The notes: generated by a model from the letters alone, not told the origin. A stretch of DNA of 61,579 bases from Candidatus Thorarchaeota archaeon (GCA_016839445.1 JAEOUG010000032.1:1-61579); one strand, 5' to 3'. Positions 37,019 through 46,972 are shown, numbered from the stretch's first letter. A program made the numbers and translations.

Positions 37019-39178
37019 CTATGTTCTTCTTCTCAGGCTGACCACTAGGACTATGAAGACGGCCACTCCACCAACGGTGAGGAAGAGGGGAATCAGGTTT
37101 GCCTGAACGGCGATGACCGCCTCACGGGATGAACTCCTTCCGCTCCAATCATAGACGACTACCCTGAGAGTGTAAGACCCCTGCTCGAGGCCGTCGATGG
37201 TCAGAGCCGTTTCCGGCGCATCGACAGTGGCCACATAATCGCCATCTAGGTATATGTAAGCTCGACGATAGCCAGAACCAGTGTCTTGAACTGACCAGGT
37301 GATTGTGAAGGAAGTGCCCGGTGCAACGCTGGTCGGGACCTCCTGCAGAGTAAGGAGGGGATTCGCCAAGTCCACATTGAAGACAACGATCTCGCTTGAC
37401 GAAAAGAATCCCAGAATATCGTAAGCGGTGATACTGACTTCGTGAGACCCCTCAGTGAGCTGAGTCACCGTTGTGGACAGCGAACTTCCATTGTAGACCA
37501 GTATACTGTCCACGAAGACCTCTGCTCTAGAGTACCCCGCAACATCCTCCACTTCCCAAGTCAGCTCTACAGAACCGGAGCTGCAATTCTGCTGTGGATT
37601 AGGGCCTGTAATGGTGGTGATAGGCGCTGACGTGTCAATGCGGATTCTGAAATGAGCAGGTTCCTTACTTGTGTTGTTGAGAGAGTCCCTGGCAACAATG
37701 TGGAAGTACCAGATGCCATCCGATAGGCTCGACTCAACCTTCACGCTGTTGCTTGTAGTGAAAGTGGCGGTGGCCGGTGTGGGCATTGTATCTGGCTCTA
37801 AGTCAAGGACATAGTAATAGCCAGTTATGTTGTTTACATCTGGGGGCGTCGTCCAGTTCAGTACAGGCGTGGTGTCTTGGTAGTAGCAACTAGGATCTGG
37901 ATGCGAGGGTGAGAATACATCCGGAGTGAGTACGGTCCAATCGCAGTAGGTTGTGAGGAATGGATCGCCAATGATGTTCATTCCATAGTACCATTCGAGA
38001 TAGAGATCCTCAGCAGAACTGCTCGTCCTGAGAGCCTCGTAGAACCAGTTTGAGAGGGACTGGCCGATGGTGAGATTCTCTGAAAGCGGCCCATAGAATG
38101 CATCACAGTCCATCATGCTGCCAGTCTTCGCACTTCCAATGACAGCCATGCTGTCGGGACCGCTAAACAGGTAGGTGACACCAAGATTGTTCGTGGTGGT
38201 CCATTCTGCCCCCGAGCAACAGAAAAGGTTGTAGAAGTTGAATGCAGGAGGTACATCCCGAATTTGCGTGGAAGTGGCAATACCTTCCGACCCTCCACTC
38301 CCGAAATAATGAGCAGTCGGAGAACTGTGGGCACACAGGTGACCCCATTGATAGTCCTCAGGAAGCCTATTCGTCAACCAGTCTGTAGCATTGGTTGCTG
38401 ATAGGGGATACTGGACCACAGTTCGCGTAGGGTACAGCAGACCCATGTCGTCGGCCCATCTGGAGCCCCAGTAGCCGGTCCAGTCGTCATCAATATACAT
38501 CAGGCCTCTTCTAGTTCTCTCATGCTGACCAATCCTGTATTCATGGGTCCTGGTCAGGTATGCATTGATATGTCCAGCAACGCCCGGTCCCCAAGTGAGG
38601 CATGTGGGATCAATCCTTGCGACAAAGATTTCGGGCCAGATGTCAGTTCCAGGCAGTGCTGCATGTGAGTCATAGACACCGTCGTGAGGATTGCCGTCGT
38701 ACCAAGCCCCGTCGAGGTCCATCAGAAAGAGGTCGCAGATGAAGGTCTCTGCACCGAAGACATCGCCACCAGGATGATAGTACTCGGCATAGGGAAGCCT
38801 CCCAATTAGGACAGCTCCCACGATCTCTTCGGTGTTGTACCAGGAAGTGAGATTGGACTTCAGCTCCTCCGCAGTGGCAATCGGCTCAGTGTACAGAAGT
38901 GTGCGGTACCCGGTGTTGTTGAGATCCTGTCTGTATTGCATGACTGCCCCAGACACGCTTGAGTATATCGAGCTCTCAACAATGAGGACTACGGCCTGCC
39001 CGGGATCAGGAACCGCAAGAGGTTCGAGCTCGGAGGGAGCGATGTCGGCACGGACCGCGCTTGGTGGTATTACCGGAACAGGTAGACCAATCCTCGCTTC
39101 TATTTGAACTGGGCTGGCGTGAATCGAGAACATCAGGGTGCAGACTACAATTGCTGCCAAGAAGTGGCGCGAATCCAT
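37019..39178 (-). CDS. Membrane-anchored peptidase C25 (gingipain-like, clan CD) with Ig/FN3-like repeats
   Basis: Signal peptide; GAVLIG.LP, DLDG, PEIFVARI, candidate His (CAHS) and Cys (FCCS), IIGDP; beta-rich repeats; C-terminal TM + RRR. Confidence 0.78.
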   Translation of the reverse strand: MDSRHFLAAIVVCTLMFSIHASPVQIEARIGLPVPVIPPSAVRADIAPSELEPLAVPDPGQAVVLIVESSIYSSVSGAVMQYRQDLNNTGYRTLLYTEPIATAEELKSNLTSWYNTEEIVGAVLIGRLPYAEYYHPGGDVFGAETFICDLFLMDLDGAWYDGNPHDGVYDSHAALPGTDIWPEIFVARIDPTCLTWGPGVAGHINAYLTRTHEYRIGQHERTRRGLMYIDDDWTGYWGSRWADDMGLLYPTRTVVQYPLSATNATDWLTNRLPEDYQWGHLCAHSSPTAHYFGSGGSEGIATSTQIRDVPPAFNFYNLFCCSGAEWTTTNNLGVTYLFSGPDSMAVIGSAKTGSMMDCDAFYGPLSENLTIGQSLSNWFYEALRTSSSAEDLYLEWYYGMNIIGDPFLTTYCDWTVLTPDVFSPSHPDPSCYYQDTTPVLNWTTPPDVNNITGYYYVLDLEPDTMPTPATATFTTSNSVKVESSLSDGIWYFHIVARDSLNNTSKEPAHFRIRIDTSAPITTITGPNPQQNCSSGSVELTWEVEDVAGYSRAEVFVDSILVYNGSSLSTTVTQLTEGSHEVSITAYDILGFFSSSEIVVFNVDLANPLLTLQEVPTSVAPGTSFTITWSVQDTGSGYRRAYIYLDGDYVATVDAPETALTIDGLEQGSYTLRVVVYDWSGRSSSREAVIAVQANLIPLFLTVGGVAVFIVLVVSLRRRT

Positions 39179-39374
39179 TACATGACCTCCTAGGAGACAC
39201 CCAACTCGTAGCAATATGAATATGTTGTAGTCAGTAGTTGGAAGGCTCTCAGGGAATCTTGCCCGTACTCGGAAGTACGGGCATTAGTAGTAGCAAGCTT
39301 CTTTTTAGTAGCTCTCGCATAGATTGGTCGCTGGATAGAGGGAAAGACGGACCCTATCTGACGAGGTTGACGAA

Positions 39375-39860
39375 GTGACATCAGAGGTCTTCATCAGATA
39401 TGTGACAACTACGGGACTGGAGAAGACTGCCAAGTTCAGCTCAGATACAACCACTGTGAACTTGGAACTCCGTGACATTGTCGAAGTCGACCTGCTCCCG
39501 CTTCTTTGGTGTGACAAACTGCAAGTGCTCAGCCTGAGGAACAACAGCCTGAACGAAGTGGACCTCAGCGCACTGGAACGTTGCCGTCGACTACGGGTCT
39601 TGAAGCTTAGTAACAACAGGATTCAGGAACTCGACCTTGAACCCTTGGCAACGTGTGAGGAACTTGAGGAGGTCTGTCTGGAGAACAACAGGCTGAAGAT
39701 TGTGGATCTATCACCTCTGTTCCAGTGCTCAAGACTTCAGGAACTCAAGCTTGATGAATCTGTAGCACTCACTGCAGACTTGCTCCTGCGGTCAATAGGG
39801 AGCTGGCCAGAGGTCCTGATTGAGCGATACCATCGTATCCTCTGGAAATCGCAGCCCTGA
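39375..39860 (+). CDS. Leucine-rich repeat protein
   Basis: 24-residue repeats LxxLxLxNNxLxxxDLxxLxxC. Confidence 0.88.
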   Translation: MTSEVFIRYVTTTGLEKTAKFSSDTTTVNLELRDIVEVDLLPLLWCDKLQVLSLRNNSLNEVDLSALERCRRLRVLKLSNNRIQELDLEPLATCEELEEVCLENNRLKIVDLSPLFQCSRLQELKLDESVALTADLLLRSIGSWPEVLIERYHRILWKSQP

Positions 39861-39884
39861 TTTGATTTGGTTGGAGGTTGCTAT

Positions 39885-40691
39885 ATGAATCTGGGACTCG
39901 CAGACAAGCACGTCCTTCTGACAGGGGCCTCAGGAGGTATAGGCATTGTCACGGCTAGCAAGTTGCTTGATGAAGGAGCAAGAGTCACAGGAACGTATCG
40001 CTCAGCCAAGGAGCAACTCAACGATCTGTGCAGCAGATGGCCTGACTCTTTCGCAGCCCGTCAAATGGACCAGACAGAGGAGAAGGATGTCCAAGAAGCC
40101 TTCCGGCAGGCAAACGAGACCTTCGGGAGAATCGATGTTCTGGTAGCCAATGCTGGGATAGCAAATCACGAAGGAGTAGCAGTTCAGGAAATGGAGCTCA
40201 AGCAATGGATCAACACAATCAATGTCAACCTCACTGGAGCATTCCTTTCAGCGAAGTACTTCTTCCGGAATCTGGAGGAGTTCCCGGGCAAGTCGGCCTC
40301 ACTGATTCTAGTCGGTTCAACGGCAGGTCTCTTCGGAGAGGCGTGGTACGCAGACTACTCCACATCGAAGGCTGGAATGCATGGTCTGATGATGAGCCTG
40401 AAGAACGAGATTGGTCATCTTGCTAAGAATGGCAGGGTCAACCTTGTCAACCCAGGATGGACTCTCACACCTATGGCGGAGGGAGCCCTCACAGATAGCG
40501 CCCTGAAGAAGAGGATACTGCAGACGATCCCAATGAGGAAGACCGCCTTGCCTGAGGATATCGCGGGTGCCATCCTGTATCTTGCCTCTGACGAGCTCTC
40601 AGGTCACATAAGCGGTCAGACCATCACGGTCGCGGGAGGAATGGAAGGGCGAGTTCTCTACACACCAGGCGAGATTGGTGACGACAGTTGA
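39885..40691 (+). CDS. Short-chain dehydrogenase/reductase
   Basis: TGASGGIG, ANAG, YSTSK. ATG 39885 after GGAGGT. Confidence 0.93.
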   Translation: MNLGLADKHVLLTGASGGIGIVTASKLLDEGARVTGTYRSAKEQLNDLCSRWPDSFAARQMDQTEEKDVQEAFRQANETFGRIDVLVANAGIANHEGVAVQEMELKQWINTINVNLTGAFLSAKYFFRNLEEFPGKSASLILVGSTAGLFGEAWYADYSTSKAGMHGLMMSLKNEIGHLAKNGRVNLVNPGWTLTPMAEGALTDSALKKRILQTIPMRKTALPEDIAGAILYLASDELSGHISGQTITVAGGMEGRVLYTPGEIGDDS

Positions 40692-41449
40692 CGTTCGATG
40701 ATGTGGCACTAATCTACGATGACGCAATCGATTGGGAGGCCCGGCTCGGACACGAGATGCCTTTTCTTCTGGCGGCACTTGGTGAACCTTCAGGGAAAGC
40801 AGTCTTGGATCTTGCGTGCGGAAGCGGACGACACGCAATCGAGCTCGCTCTCATGGGTGCTACCGTGACTGGGCTGGACATCAGCTCTTCGATGCTAATC
40901 AGGGCAAGAGAACTCGCAGATGCCAGAGGCGCTGGGCCGAATTTCATAGAATCGGACATGGTGAGCTTCGATGATGCGCTGAGGCCTCAGAAGTTCGACG
41001 TGATCATGTGCATTGGAAACTCACTCGCGCTTCTTGAGGACCAAAGCGCGTTAGAGCGCGTCCTCGAGAGTGCATTCAGCAGATTAGACGACGGAGGTGT
41101 TCTCCTTGCTCAAGTCCTCAACTTCGAAGAGATTCGACATTCGGGCTTCCGATTCTTCCCTGTGAAGGCAGTGGAGAGGGGAGATGGGACAGTCGTTGTC
41201 TTCTTCAGGTTCTTTGAACACCTCATACACCAAAAGAGGTCAGATCTTGTGGTGGTGACATACCTTCAGAATGGACTCCAGTGGCAGAGCGAGATATCTG
41301 TGCAGTCTGTCCTGAACCTCGAGAGAGAATCAATCTGTGATGCATTGCATAGGTGCGGCTTTGCCGAAGTGGAGTGCTTCGGGGGCTATGATAGGCGTCC
41401 CCTTCATCCGAAGTCGGACAGAAACATCGTCATCACAGCCCACAAGTGA
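40688..41449 (+). CDS. Class I SAM-dependent methyltransferase
   Basis: VLDLACGSG, GLDIS, FDVIMCIGNSL. Confidence 0.9.
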   Translation: MTFDDVALIYDDAIDWEARLGHEMPFLLAALGEPSGKAVLDLACGSGRHAIELALMGATVTGLDISSSMLIRARELADARGAGPNFIESDMVSFDDALRPQKFDVIMCIGNSLALLEDQSALERVLESAFSRLDDGGVLLAQVLNFEEIRHSGFRFFPVKAVERGDGTVVVFFRFFEHLIHQKRSDLVVVTYLQNGLQWQSEISVQSVLNLERESICDALHRCGFAEVECFGGYDRRPLHPKSDRNIVITAHK

Positions 41450-41454
41450 GGCGT

Positions 41455-42939
41455 CTAGTTACGCCGCCTGACATAGAACGTCAGCACCAGAATCATGACA
41501 ACTGACACACCGGCAAGGAGTACGAAGGAGACTGCATTCCCTGCATCCAATTCCGACATCAATGCATCAGCCATATCATCCCAGGCATCTGCAATTGACA
41601 CAAGATGGATCTGAATCGCAGTCAATTCATCCTCGAACGGCTCAGCTGCTGCAATGATATCGCCACTGGTTGTGAACTGACAGTGGTAGGCAATCTTCTC
41701 GAGGCAGTCTGTGAGGTCAGACCCGCCGCCTGAGTAGTCGAAGTCGTTAAGGCTTGCATTGCTTGTCAGAGCGTCAAAGTGAAGGAGAGCATCAGTTGCA
41801 GACCTGACAAATGCATCGAGATTGAACCCTGGCAGCACTGAAGACACATGGGTAAGCGCTGCTTGGAAGGCTGCATACTGGAGAGATAGCCTCTGCTCCA
41901 GATTGACTCCGAAGCTATAGAGGTATGCTGACTTCTCCGCAGGGCTCATGTTGCCGATTGATTCGAAATAGTCAGACAACCGGATGGAGGTCATATCAAG
42001 AGCGAGCTCCCTGAAGGCATCCGACCCGAAGTGAACCCCGGGAATAGGACCCTTCTCAGGGACATGCGAATCCCAATCTCCCTGCAGACGTGACAGGATA
42101 TATTCCGCAATGTTACGCTCAGCGTGGTTCACACCCTCTCCAGTGGGCTGGACAACCACCATCCCATACATCCTGTTCCATGCCGCCTCGAGCGTTGTGA
42201 AGTTGACTGCGTAGTTCCATTCAGATTGTGAAGGACGTCCGTAGCTCTCACCAATTATCCCGATTCCAGGGTCGGCCAAGTAGACTACTCCTATCGCTTC
42301 ATCGAAGCCTGTCGACACGACCGAATGACCAGAACCTGTTTCTATCCAGCCCATTGATCTAAGCAGGTCATAGTCAGAATGAGGGAGGTAGTAGGGATTC
42401 ACTAGGAGCTCGACCGGATAGCCGTCCTTAATCGTGCTCTTCAGAATGCCAAAGGCCTGGTCCCACCCATCTATCACCACGAAATCGACACCTGCAAGCT
42501 GCTGAGCTGCTGCGAAGGTCGCTCCATGATTGCTGTTATTAACATCCACAATCAGGGTCACGTTCAACCCGTAGAACTCCGCAAGCTGTTTCTGAGGAAC
42601 CATCTGGCGGAAGTGGGGGCCGTCCCAGAAGACTCTCTCACTTCCAGAGCTGATGTAGAGAGATGTGAAACCTATCCCAGAAGCAGCACACACCTCCGGA
42701 AGGCCAAATGGTATGCCAGCAGCCCTGAATGTCATGGCAAGGCAAGACCAGTGACATAGACCATTGACCTGCTGCCACTCATATTCAACATCCGTTACAT
42801 TGGCAGATTCAGTGCTGCCTATGATGTGCGGTGCTGTGTAGGACACAAGTGATGATGTACCCAGAGCCGCTGTATTCAGACCAATGGACAAGACTAACAC
42901 CGATACTAGTACGAAGCAATTCAATCTGATACCGTTCAT
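41455..42939 (-). CDS. Secreted, C-terminally anchored papain-fold C39-like/BtrH-like peptidase
   Basis: Signal peptide; QQVNGLCHWSC (Gln/Cys), GHSVVSTGFD (His), VYLADP (Asp); C-terminal TM + RRR. Confidence 0.7.
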   Translation of the reverse strand: MNGIRLNCFVLVSVLVLSIGLNTAALGTSSLVSYTAPHIIGSTESANVTDVEYEWQQVNGLCHWSCLAMTFRAAGIPFGLPEVCAASGIGFTSLYISSGSERVFWDGPHFRQMVPQKQLAEFYGLNVTLIVDVNNSNHGATFAAAQQLAGVDFVVIDGWDQAFGILKSTIKDGYPVELLVNPYYLPHSDYDLLRSMGWIETGSGHSVVSTGFDEAIGVVYLADPGIGIIGESYGRPSQSEWNYAVNFTTLEAAWNRMYGMVVVQPTGEGVNHAERNIAEYILSRLQGDWDSHVPEKGPIPGVHFGSDAFRELALDMTSIRLSDYFESIGNMSPAEKSAYLYSFGVNLEQRLSLQYAAFQAALTHVSSVLPGFNLDAFVRSATDALLHFDALTSNASLNDFDYSGGGSDLTDCLEKIAYHCQFTTSGDIIAAAEPFEDELTAIQIHLVSIADAWDDMADALMSELDAGNAVSFVLLAGVSVVMILVLTFYVRRRN

Positions 42940-42967
42940 CTTGGTTCCTCCGAGGTGGTTGTGACAG

Positions 42968-42994
42968 GGTAGAGGGAGTTTCAATCCCTCCACC
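42968..42994 (-). terminator. Hairpin just after the ABC permease stop
   Basis: 10-bp stem on the minus strand (one G-U): GGTAGAGGGA-GTTTCAA-TCCCTCCACC on +. Confidence 0.35.
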
Positions 42995-43007
42995 TCTGCC
43001 ACCCTCT

Positions 43008-44678
43008 CTAGGCGTCAGGCTTAGAGAGGCTTCTCACTCCCAAGAACAGAAGGAGAAATCCGATGGACCACTGCACCAACAAGCCGAAGAAGGACATGCC
43101 GTACATGATGTTTTCAGGCCCAAAGATCGCGGCAATGAACCCGAAGAAATCGATGCGGAATACTATGCTTGCGATAATGTCAATGAAGAGGACCCCAATG
43201 ATGGAGAACTCCGCCAACATAGTGGATGACATGATGTTCATCTGGTGAGCAGGTGATTTGGTGTCCTCGTAGTTCGGATTGCCTGCTGTGATTCCTGTCG
43301 CGATGAACATTCCTCCCAACACGGCCATATAGCCGAATCCGAGAACGATGAGAACCTGCGCCAGAGTGAGCCCCATTATGAAATACAGAGCCAAGGTGGG
43401 GAGCACCGCAAGAGGCACACAGATGAGTGCCCCTGATACAACTCTGCTCCTCACAAACCGGGACGCGCCAGACGGTGAGCCCTGAATGATCCAGAGCTGG
43501 TCCTTGCTCTCAAGAAATCCGGCACCCGCGAATGGGAACGTGCCAACAAGCGAGAGCATCACAGGGAGCATGAAGAAGACCTCACCGAACTGCATGAACT
43601 CGGCACTCACGGCCGTCAAGACGATGGGCATCATGATGGCCAGAACGAGACCATAGGCTATCTTCGAGAGGTTCTGTGCCTTCCGTGTGAAATCCTTGAG
43701 GCTTGTGACAACCAAGGCTCCGAATGCGCCAGGACTGAGCCGACGGATACCTCTCAGAATGGAGTTCTCGCGGCCCACAGTCGTGACAGTCTCTGTTCGA
43801 GAACCAGCCTCGATGGTGAAGATCCTATCAGCCGCCACGAGGCCAAGAGCCACGGTGCCAGCAACGAAGACGCCCATCAAGAACGAATCAACATACGCGC
43901 TCAGCTGCAGAACACCTGCGAACTCGGCGGCAGTCAATCCGATGCCGTTGAATGTGACAGTGCTCCACGTCATGAGGTCTGCGAACCAAGTCGATGGGAG
44001 AAGGTACATCGCGTTCATGCCCATCATCTCAGATATGGCGGGCAAGAAGAACATCAGTCCGTACATCGGCACGACGACTATGACACCCACAACCATAGAC
44101 AAGGCCTTTGCGATGTCGTTTCCTCTGGATGACTCACCAAGACGTGCCTGAACCACCGATGTGACGAGGTTCGACAGCCAAATGGTGGACATTGAGAGGA
44201 GCGCCAACACTCCATATACAAGTAGCTGTCCAAGGATGGACACCTGGAAGGCCAACATGAAGGGAGAGATCAGCAGCGGAGCCAAGATTATGATGATGAT
44301 GCCGTAGACAGGAATCTTGCCCAAGAAGGTTCCCGAGATTATGTTCCTGGTACTGACATTGTTGGACATGAATATCTCCCAATGCCCAATCTTGATCTCT
44401 TGGAGTGCCTGCGCGAGGGGAAACATCAGCAGGAGCAGCCACAAGAACAACATCAGCGACCGTATCATCCCTGGAAAGATAGACCTCAGCAGTCCAACGA
44501 TGAACTCCATGGGGAAGAGGGCAGTAAGGATACCTCCCATCATCATTGGGGCAACAACAACTGCCCAGACGAGGGTCAGTGCCACAATGATGCCCATGTA
44601 GAGTGTTCTTCGGGCCCGCATGAAGGACGTAAGGACATAGTACTCCGCCTTTGCTATTGCAAGCCAAGCTCGACTCAT
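43008..44678 (-). CDS. Large ABC exporter permease (ABC-2-like, about 12-14 TM, two halves)
   Basis: Highly hydrophobic; AWLAIAKAE and ALVVTSLKDFTR begin two halves; directly follows the ATPase. ATG 44678 after GGAGGT. Confidence 0.75.
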   Translation of the reverse strand: MSRAWLAIAKAEYYVLTSFMRARRTLYMGIIVALTLVWAVVVAPMMMGGILTALFPMEFIVGLLRSIFPGMIRSLMLFLWLLLLMFPLAQALQEIKIGHWEIFMSNNVSTRNIISGTFLGKIPVYGIIIIILAPLLISPFMLAFQVSILGQLLVYGVLALLSMSTIWLSNLVTSVVQARLGESSRGNDIAKALSMVVGVIVVVPMYGLMFFLPAISEMMGMNAMYLLPSTWFADLMTWSTVTFNGIGLTAAEFAGVLQLSAYVDSFLMGVFVAGTVALGLVAADRIFTIEAGSRTETVTTVGRENSILRGIRRLSPGAFGALVVTSLKDFTRKAQNLSKIAYGLVLAIMMPIVLTAVSAEFMQFGEVFFMLPVMLSLVGTFPFAGAGFLESKDQLWIIQGSPSGASRFVRSRVVSGALICVPLAVLPTLALYFIMGLTLAQVLIVLGFGYMAVLGGMFIATGITAGNPNYEDTKSPAHQMNIMSSTMLAEFSIIGVLFIDIIASIVFRIDFFGFIAAIFGPENIMYGMSFFGLLVQWSIGFLLLFLGVRSLSKPDA

Positions 44679-44683
44679 TTTGC

Positions 44684-45454
44684 CTACCTCCATGCAAGCA
44701 GAGCCTTTCGATCTACGTGACCACCGACGACCTTCAGATAGGCATCCTCAAGGTCGTGGACTCCAAGTGATTCAATAATCTCAGATGGCGGCCCCAGAGT
44801 GACTAGCTGTCCCTCATTGAGTATCCCGATGATGTCGCAGACATCTTCTGCAAAGCTCGTCTGATGAGTACAGATGAAGAAGCTAGTTTCCGTTTCCTCA
44901 GCCAGTGCAAGAATCAGGTCCTTGACCAGTGCACTTGCTGCAGGATCCAGCCGAGATGTGGGCTCGTCCAAGAAGACGAGCTTTGGCTCGTGAAGTAGCG
45001 TAGATGCGACCAGCACCTTCTGTTTCATACCAGATGAGTACGACTCAAGGAGGTCGTTCTGGCGTCCCTCCAGACCTAGCATGCCCAGCAGTATATCGAT
45101 GCGTCTGCTCAGACCCTCTCCGCTCAGACCATTCAGTGCTCCAATGAACTCTAGGAACTCGACAGCTGACAGCTTCGAATACAGACCTGGCGACTCCGGC
45201 AGGAGCCCAGTGACTGCTTTCACACGGTCTCTGTCAATGCTGACATCGTGTCCACACACTGTTGCATGTCCACTCGTCTGCCTGAGTAGCCCAGACAGAA
45301 TTCGAACAGTGGTCGTCTTCCCTGCACCATTTGGTCCAAGGAAGCCAAACCTACTGCCGGATGCCACCTCCAAGTTCAGATCTCTTACGGCGTGAACAGG
45401 CCCAAAGGACTTGTTCAGGCCTTCAGTTCGTATGACTATTCCGTTTCCAGCCAA
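44684..45454 (-). CDS. ABC transporter ATP-binding protein (drug/peptide exporter type)
   Basis: GPNGAGKTT, YSSGMKQK, VFLDEPT, H-loop. TTG 45454 is the likely start. Confidence 0.93.
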   Translation of the reverse strand: MAGNGIVIRTEGLNKSFGPVHAVRDLNLEVASGSRFGFLGPNGAGKTTTVRILSGLLRQTSGHATVCGHDVSIDRDRVKAVTGLLPESPGLYSKLSAVEFLEFIGALNGLSGEGLSRRIDILLGMLGLEGRQNDLLESYSSGMKQKVLVASTLLHEPKLVFLDEPTSRLDPAASALVKDLILALAEETETSFFICTHQTSFAEDVCDIIGILNEGQLVTLGPPSEIIESLGVHDLEDAYLKVVGGHVDRKALLAWR

Positions 45455-45473
45455 TTCTTTTCCGACCTTTTGC

Positions 45474-45553
45474 CTGTAAATGTTTACAGCGCTATGGTAA
45501 AGATTTAAGAGCATTCGGATATAAATGTTTACCAGAGCGCAGTAAAACTTGAC
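45474..45553. promoter_or_regulatory. Four GTAAA-N2-TTTAC palindromic boxes in divergent promoter
   Basis: 45476 GTAAATGTTTAC, 45497 GTAAAGATTTAA, 45521 ATAAATGTTTAC, 45542 GTAAAACTTGAC; 21-bp spacing within each pair. Confidence 0.7.
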
Positions 45554-45592
45554 CAAAAGAGTTTTTAGCGCGAAGAAGCGAGGAAACTGGTA

Positions 45593-46246
45593 ATGGGTCT
45601 ACTCTCAACTCACGAAGCAGTGGTCTGGTGGGAATACCATCACGGAAAGCCTACCGCAGATATCTTCAGTGAGTATGAGAAGCCCATGAAGATTCCCGAG
45701 TACGTATTCCAGATACTCAGAAGTGAATTGGACAGCAAGAGTGCGGATCCTCGGAAACTTGAGAAGGAATTGGAGAAGTACCGTGAGGTCCAGTTCTCAA
45801 GCTCGGCCTATGTATCTAGAGTGCTAAGTAGAGCCAAATCGAAGATCGAAGAGACCCTGAGACAGCATGCTAACAGCCATAGACTTGATGTCGAGTCTGT
45901 TGACGGCGAGAAGGGCCTCCTCACAGGATTCGACTACCAGGCCAACACAAGCGTCTACATCGTATTCACCTTGGGACTTGGTGTTATCGTCTGGTACGAG
46001 CACAGCGATTATGGTGGCAAGCTCTGCGACGGAAGTCCGAACGCAGGTGCAAAGACAGACGGAAAGCCGTGCCCGAAGAGGGAAGAGTGCCGAGAGACCC
46101 TTGACACAGTCCTGACGGAGTACAACCTCACTCTGAACACCAAGGAAGAAGAGCTTTACATGACTGAACAATCGGTCAGGATCTTCGCGAAGCTAGGCCA
46201 GAAACAGCTTCCTCGCTATCAAAGAGAAACACAAGAGAGTGATTAG
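45593..46246 (+). CDS. Putative HTH transcriptional regulator with C-terminal Cys cluster
   Basis: LSTHEAVVW..G.PTADI ... SSAYVSRVLSRAKSKI resembles a sigma70-r4/LuxR HTH; WYEH..C..CPKREEC. Confidence 0.6.
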   Translation: MGLLSTHEAVVWWEYHHGKPTADIFSEYEKPMKIPEYVFQILRSELDSKSADPRKLEKELEKYREVQFSSSAYVSRVLSRAKSKIEETLRQHANSHRLDVESVDGEKGLLTGFDYQANTSVYIVFTLGLGVIVWYEHSDYGGKLCDGSPNAGAKTDGKPCPKREECRETLDTVLTEYNLTLNTKEEELYMTEQSVRIFAKLGQKQLPRYQRETQESD

Positions 46247-46249
46247 AAA

Positions 46250-46972
46250 GTGAACGAGGAAGCAATACTCACAGAAATCCCACCCGTGGAGAACTTCACG
46301 CGTGGCAAGACATTCAGACCGTCAAGTGCATTCAGGAACAAGTACTGGTTTGTTGCGGTGTTCTTCGCATTCTTCACCTGGCTGGTGGCCATTGGAGGCA
46401 CATACGGCATTTCGTACTTCATCGCCATGGAAGAGGGATGGACTGATACCTATTGGCAGCTAATGGCCGATCTCGTCCCATTGGTGTCGTACTGGACCTG
46501 GATTGTGCACCTGTTCTGGCTGATTCCAGCCCTGATTGGCATACCAGTATACATTCGCTCGATTCAGTACTCGGTCATTGCGGAAACAGGTGAGGCACTA
46601 CCAGAGATCACAGTACGAAAAGGCATCTTCAACGTGACTCGCAAGCATGTGCCGCTGAGGACCATCACAAATCTCAGTTCCAGGCAGGGACTGATTGACA
46701 GGCTCTTCGGGATAGGGAACGTTGAAATCGAAACCGCTGGCTACTCTGGCTCTACGCAGATGGGGCCTGAGGAGAAGCTTGAGGGAATCAGATTCTACAA
46801 GGACTTGGCGGACTACATCCTGTTTGAGATGAGGAAGCTCAGGACTCCCTATGCTACTGGCACAGAGGTAGTAGCCGAAGATAGGCCAGTCCCAAGGATG
46901 GATGATTCGCTGCAGGACGAGATACTCGTAGCTATCCGCGATATCCGCGAGATACTCAGGACTAAACTCTAG
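46250..46972 (+). CDS. Membrane-anchored bacterial PH domain (bPH_2/YdbS-like) protein 1
   Basis: Two TM helices, then KGIFNVTRKHVPLRTITNL..QGLIDRLFGIGNVEIETAG. Confidence 0.82.
   Translation: MNEEAILTEIPPVENFTRGKTFRPSSAFRNKYWFVAVFFAFFTWLVAIGGTYGISYFIAMEEGWTDTYWQLMADLVPLVSYWTWIVHLFWLIPALIGIPVYIRSIQYSVIAETGEALPEITVRKGIFNVTRKHVPLRTITNLSSRQGLIDRLFGIGNVEIETAGYSGSTQMGPEEKLEGIRFYKDLADYILFEMRKLRTPYATGTEVVAEDRPVPRMDDSLQDEILVAIRDIREILRTKL

Noticed and set aside
45455-45556. N-terminal extension of the ABC ATPase with a repeated VNIY peptide
   Set aside because: The repeat is just the translated operator boxes; TTG 45454 gives a normal ATPase length.
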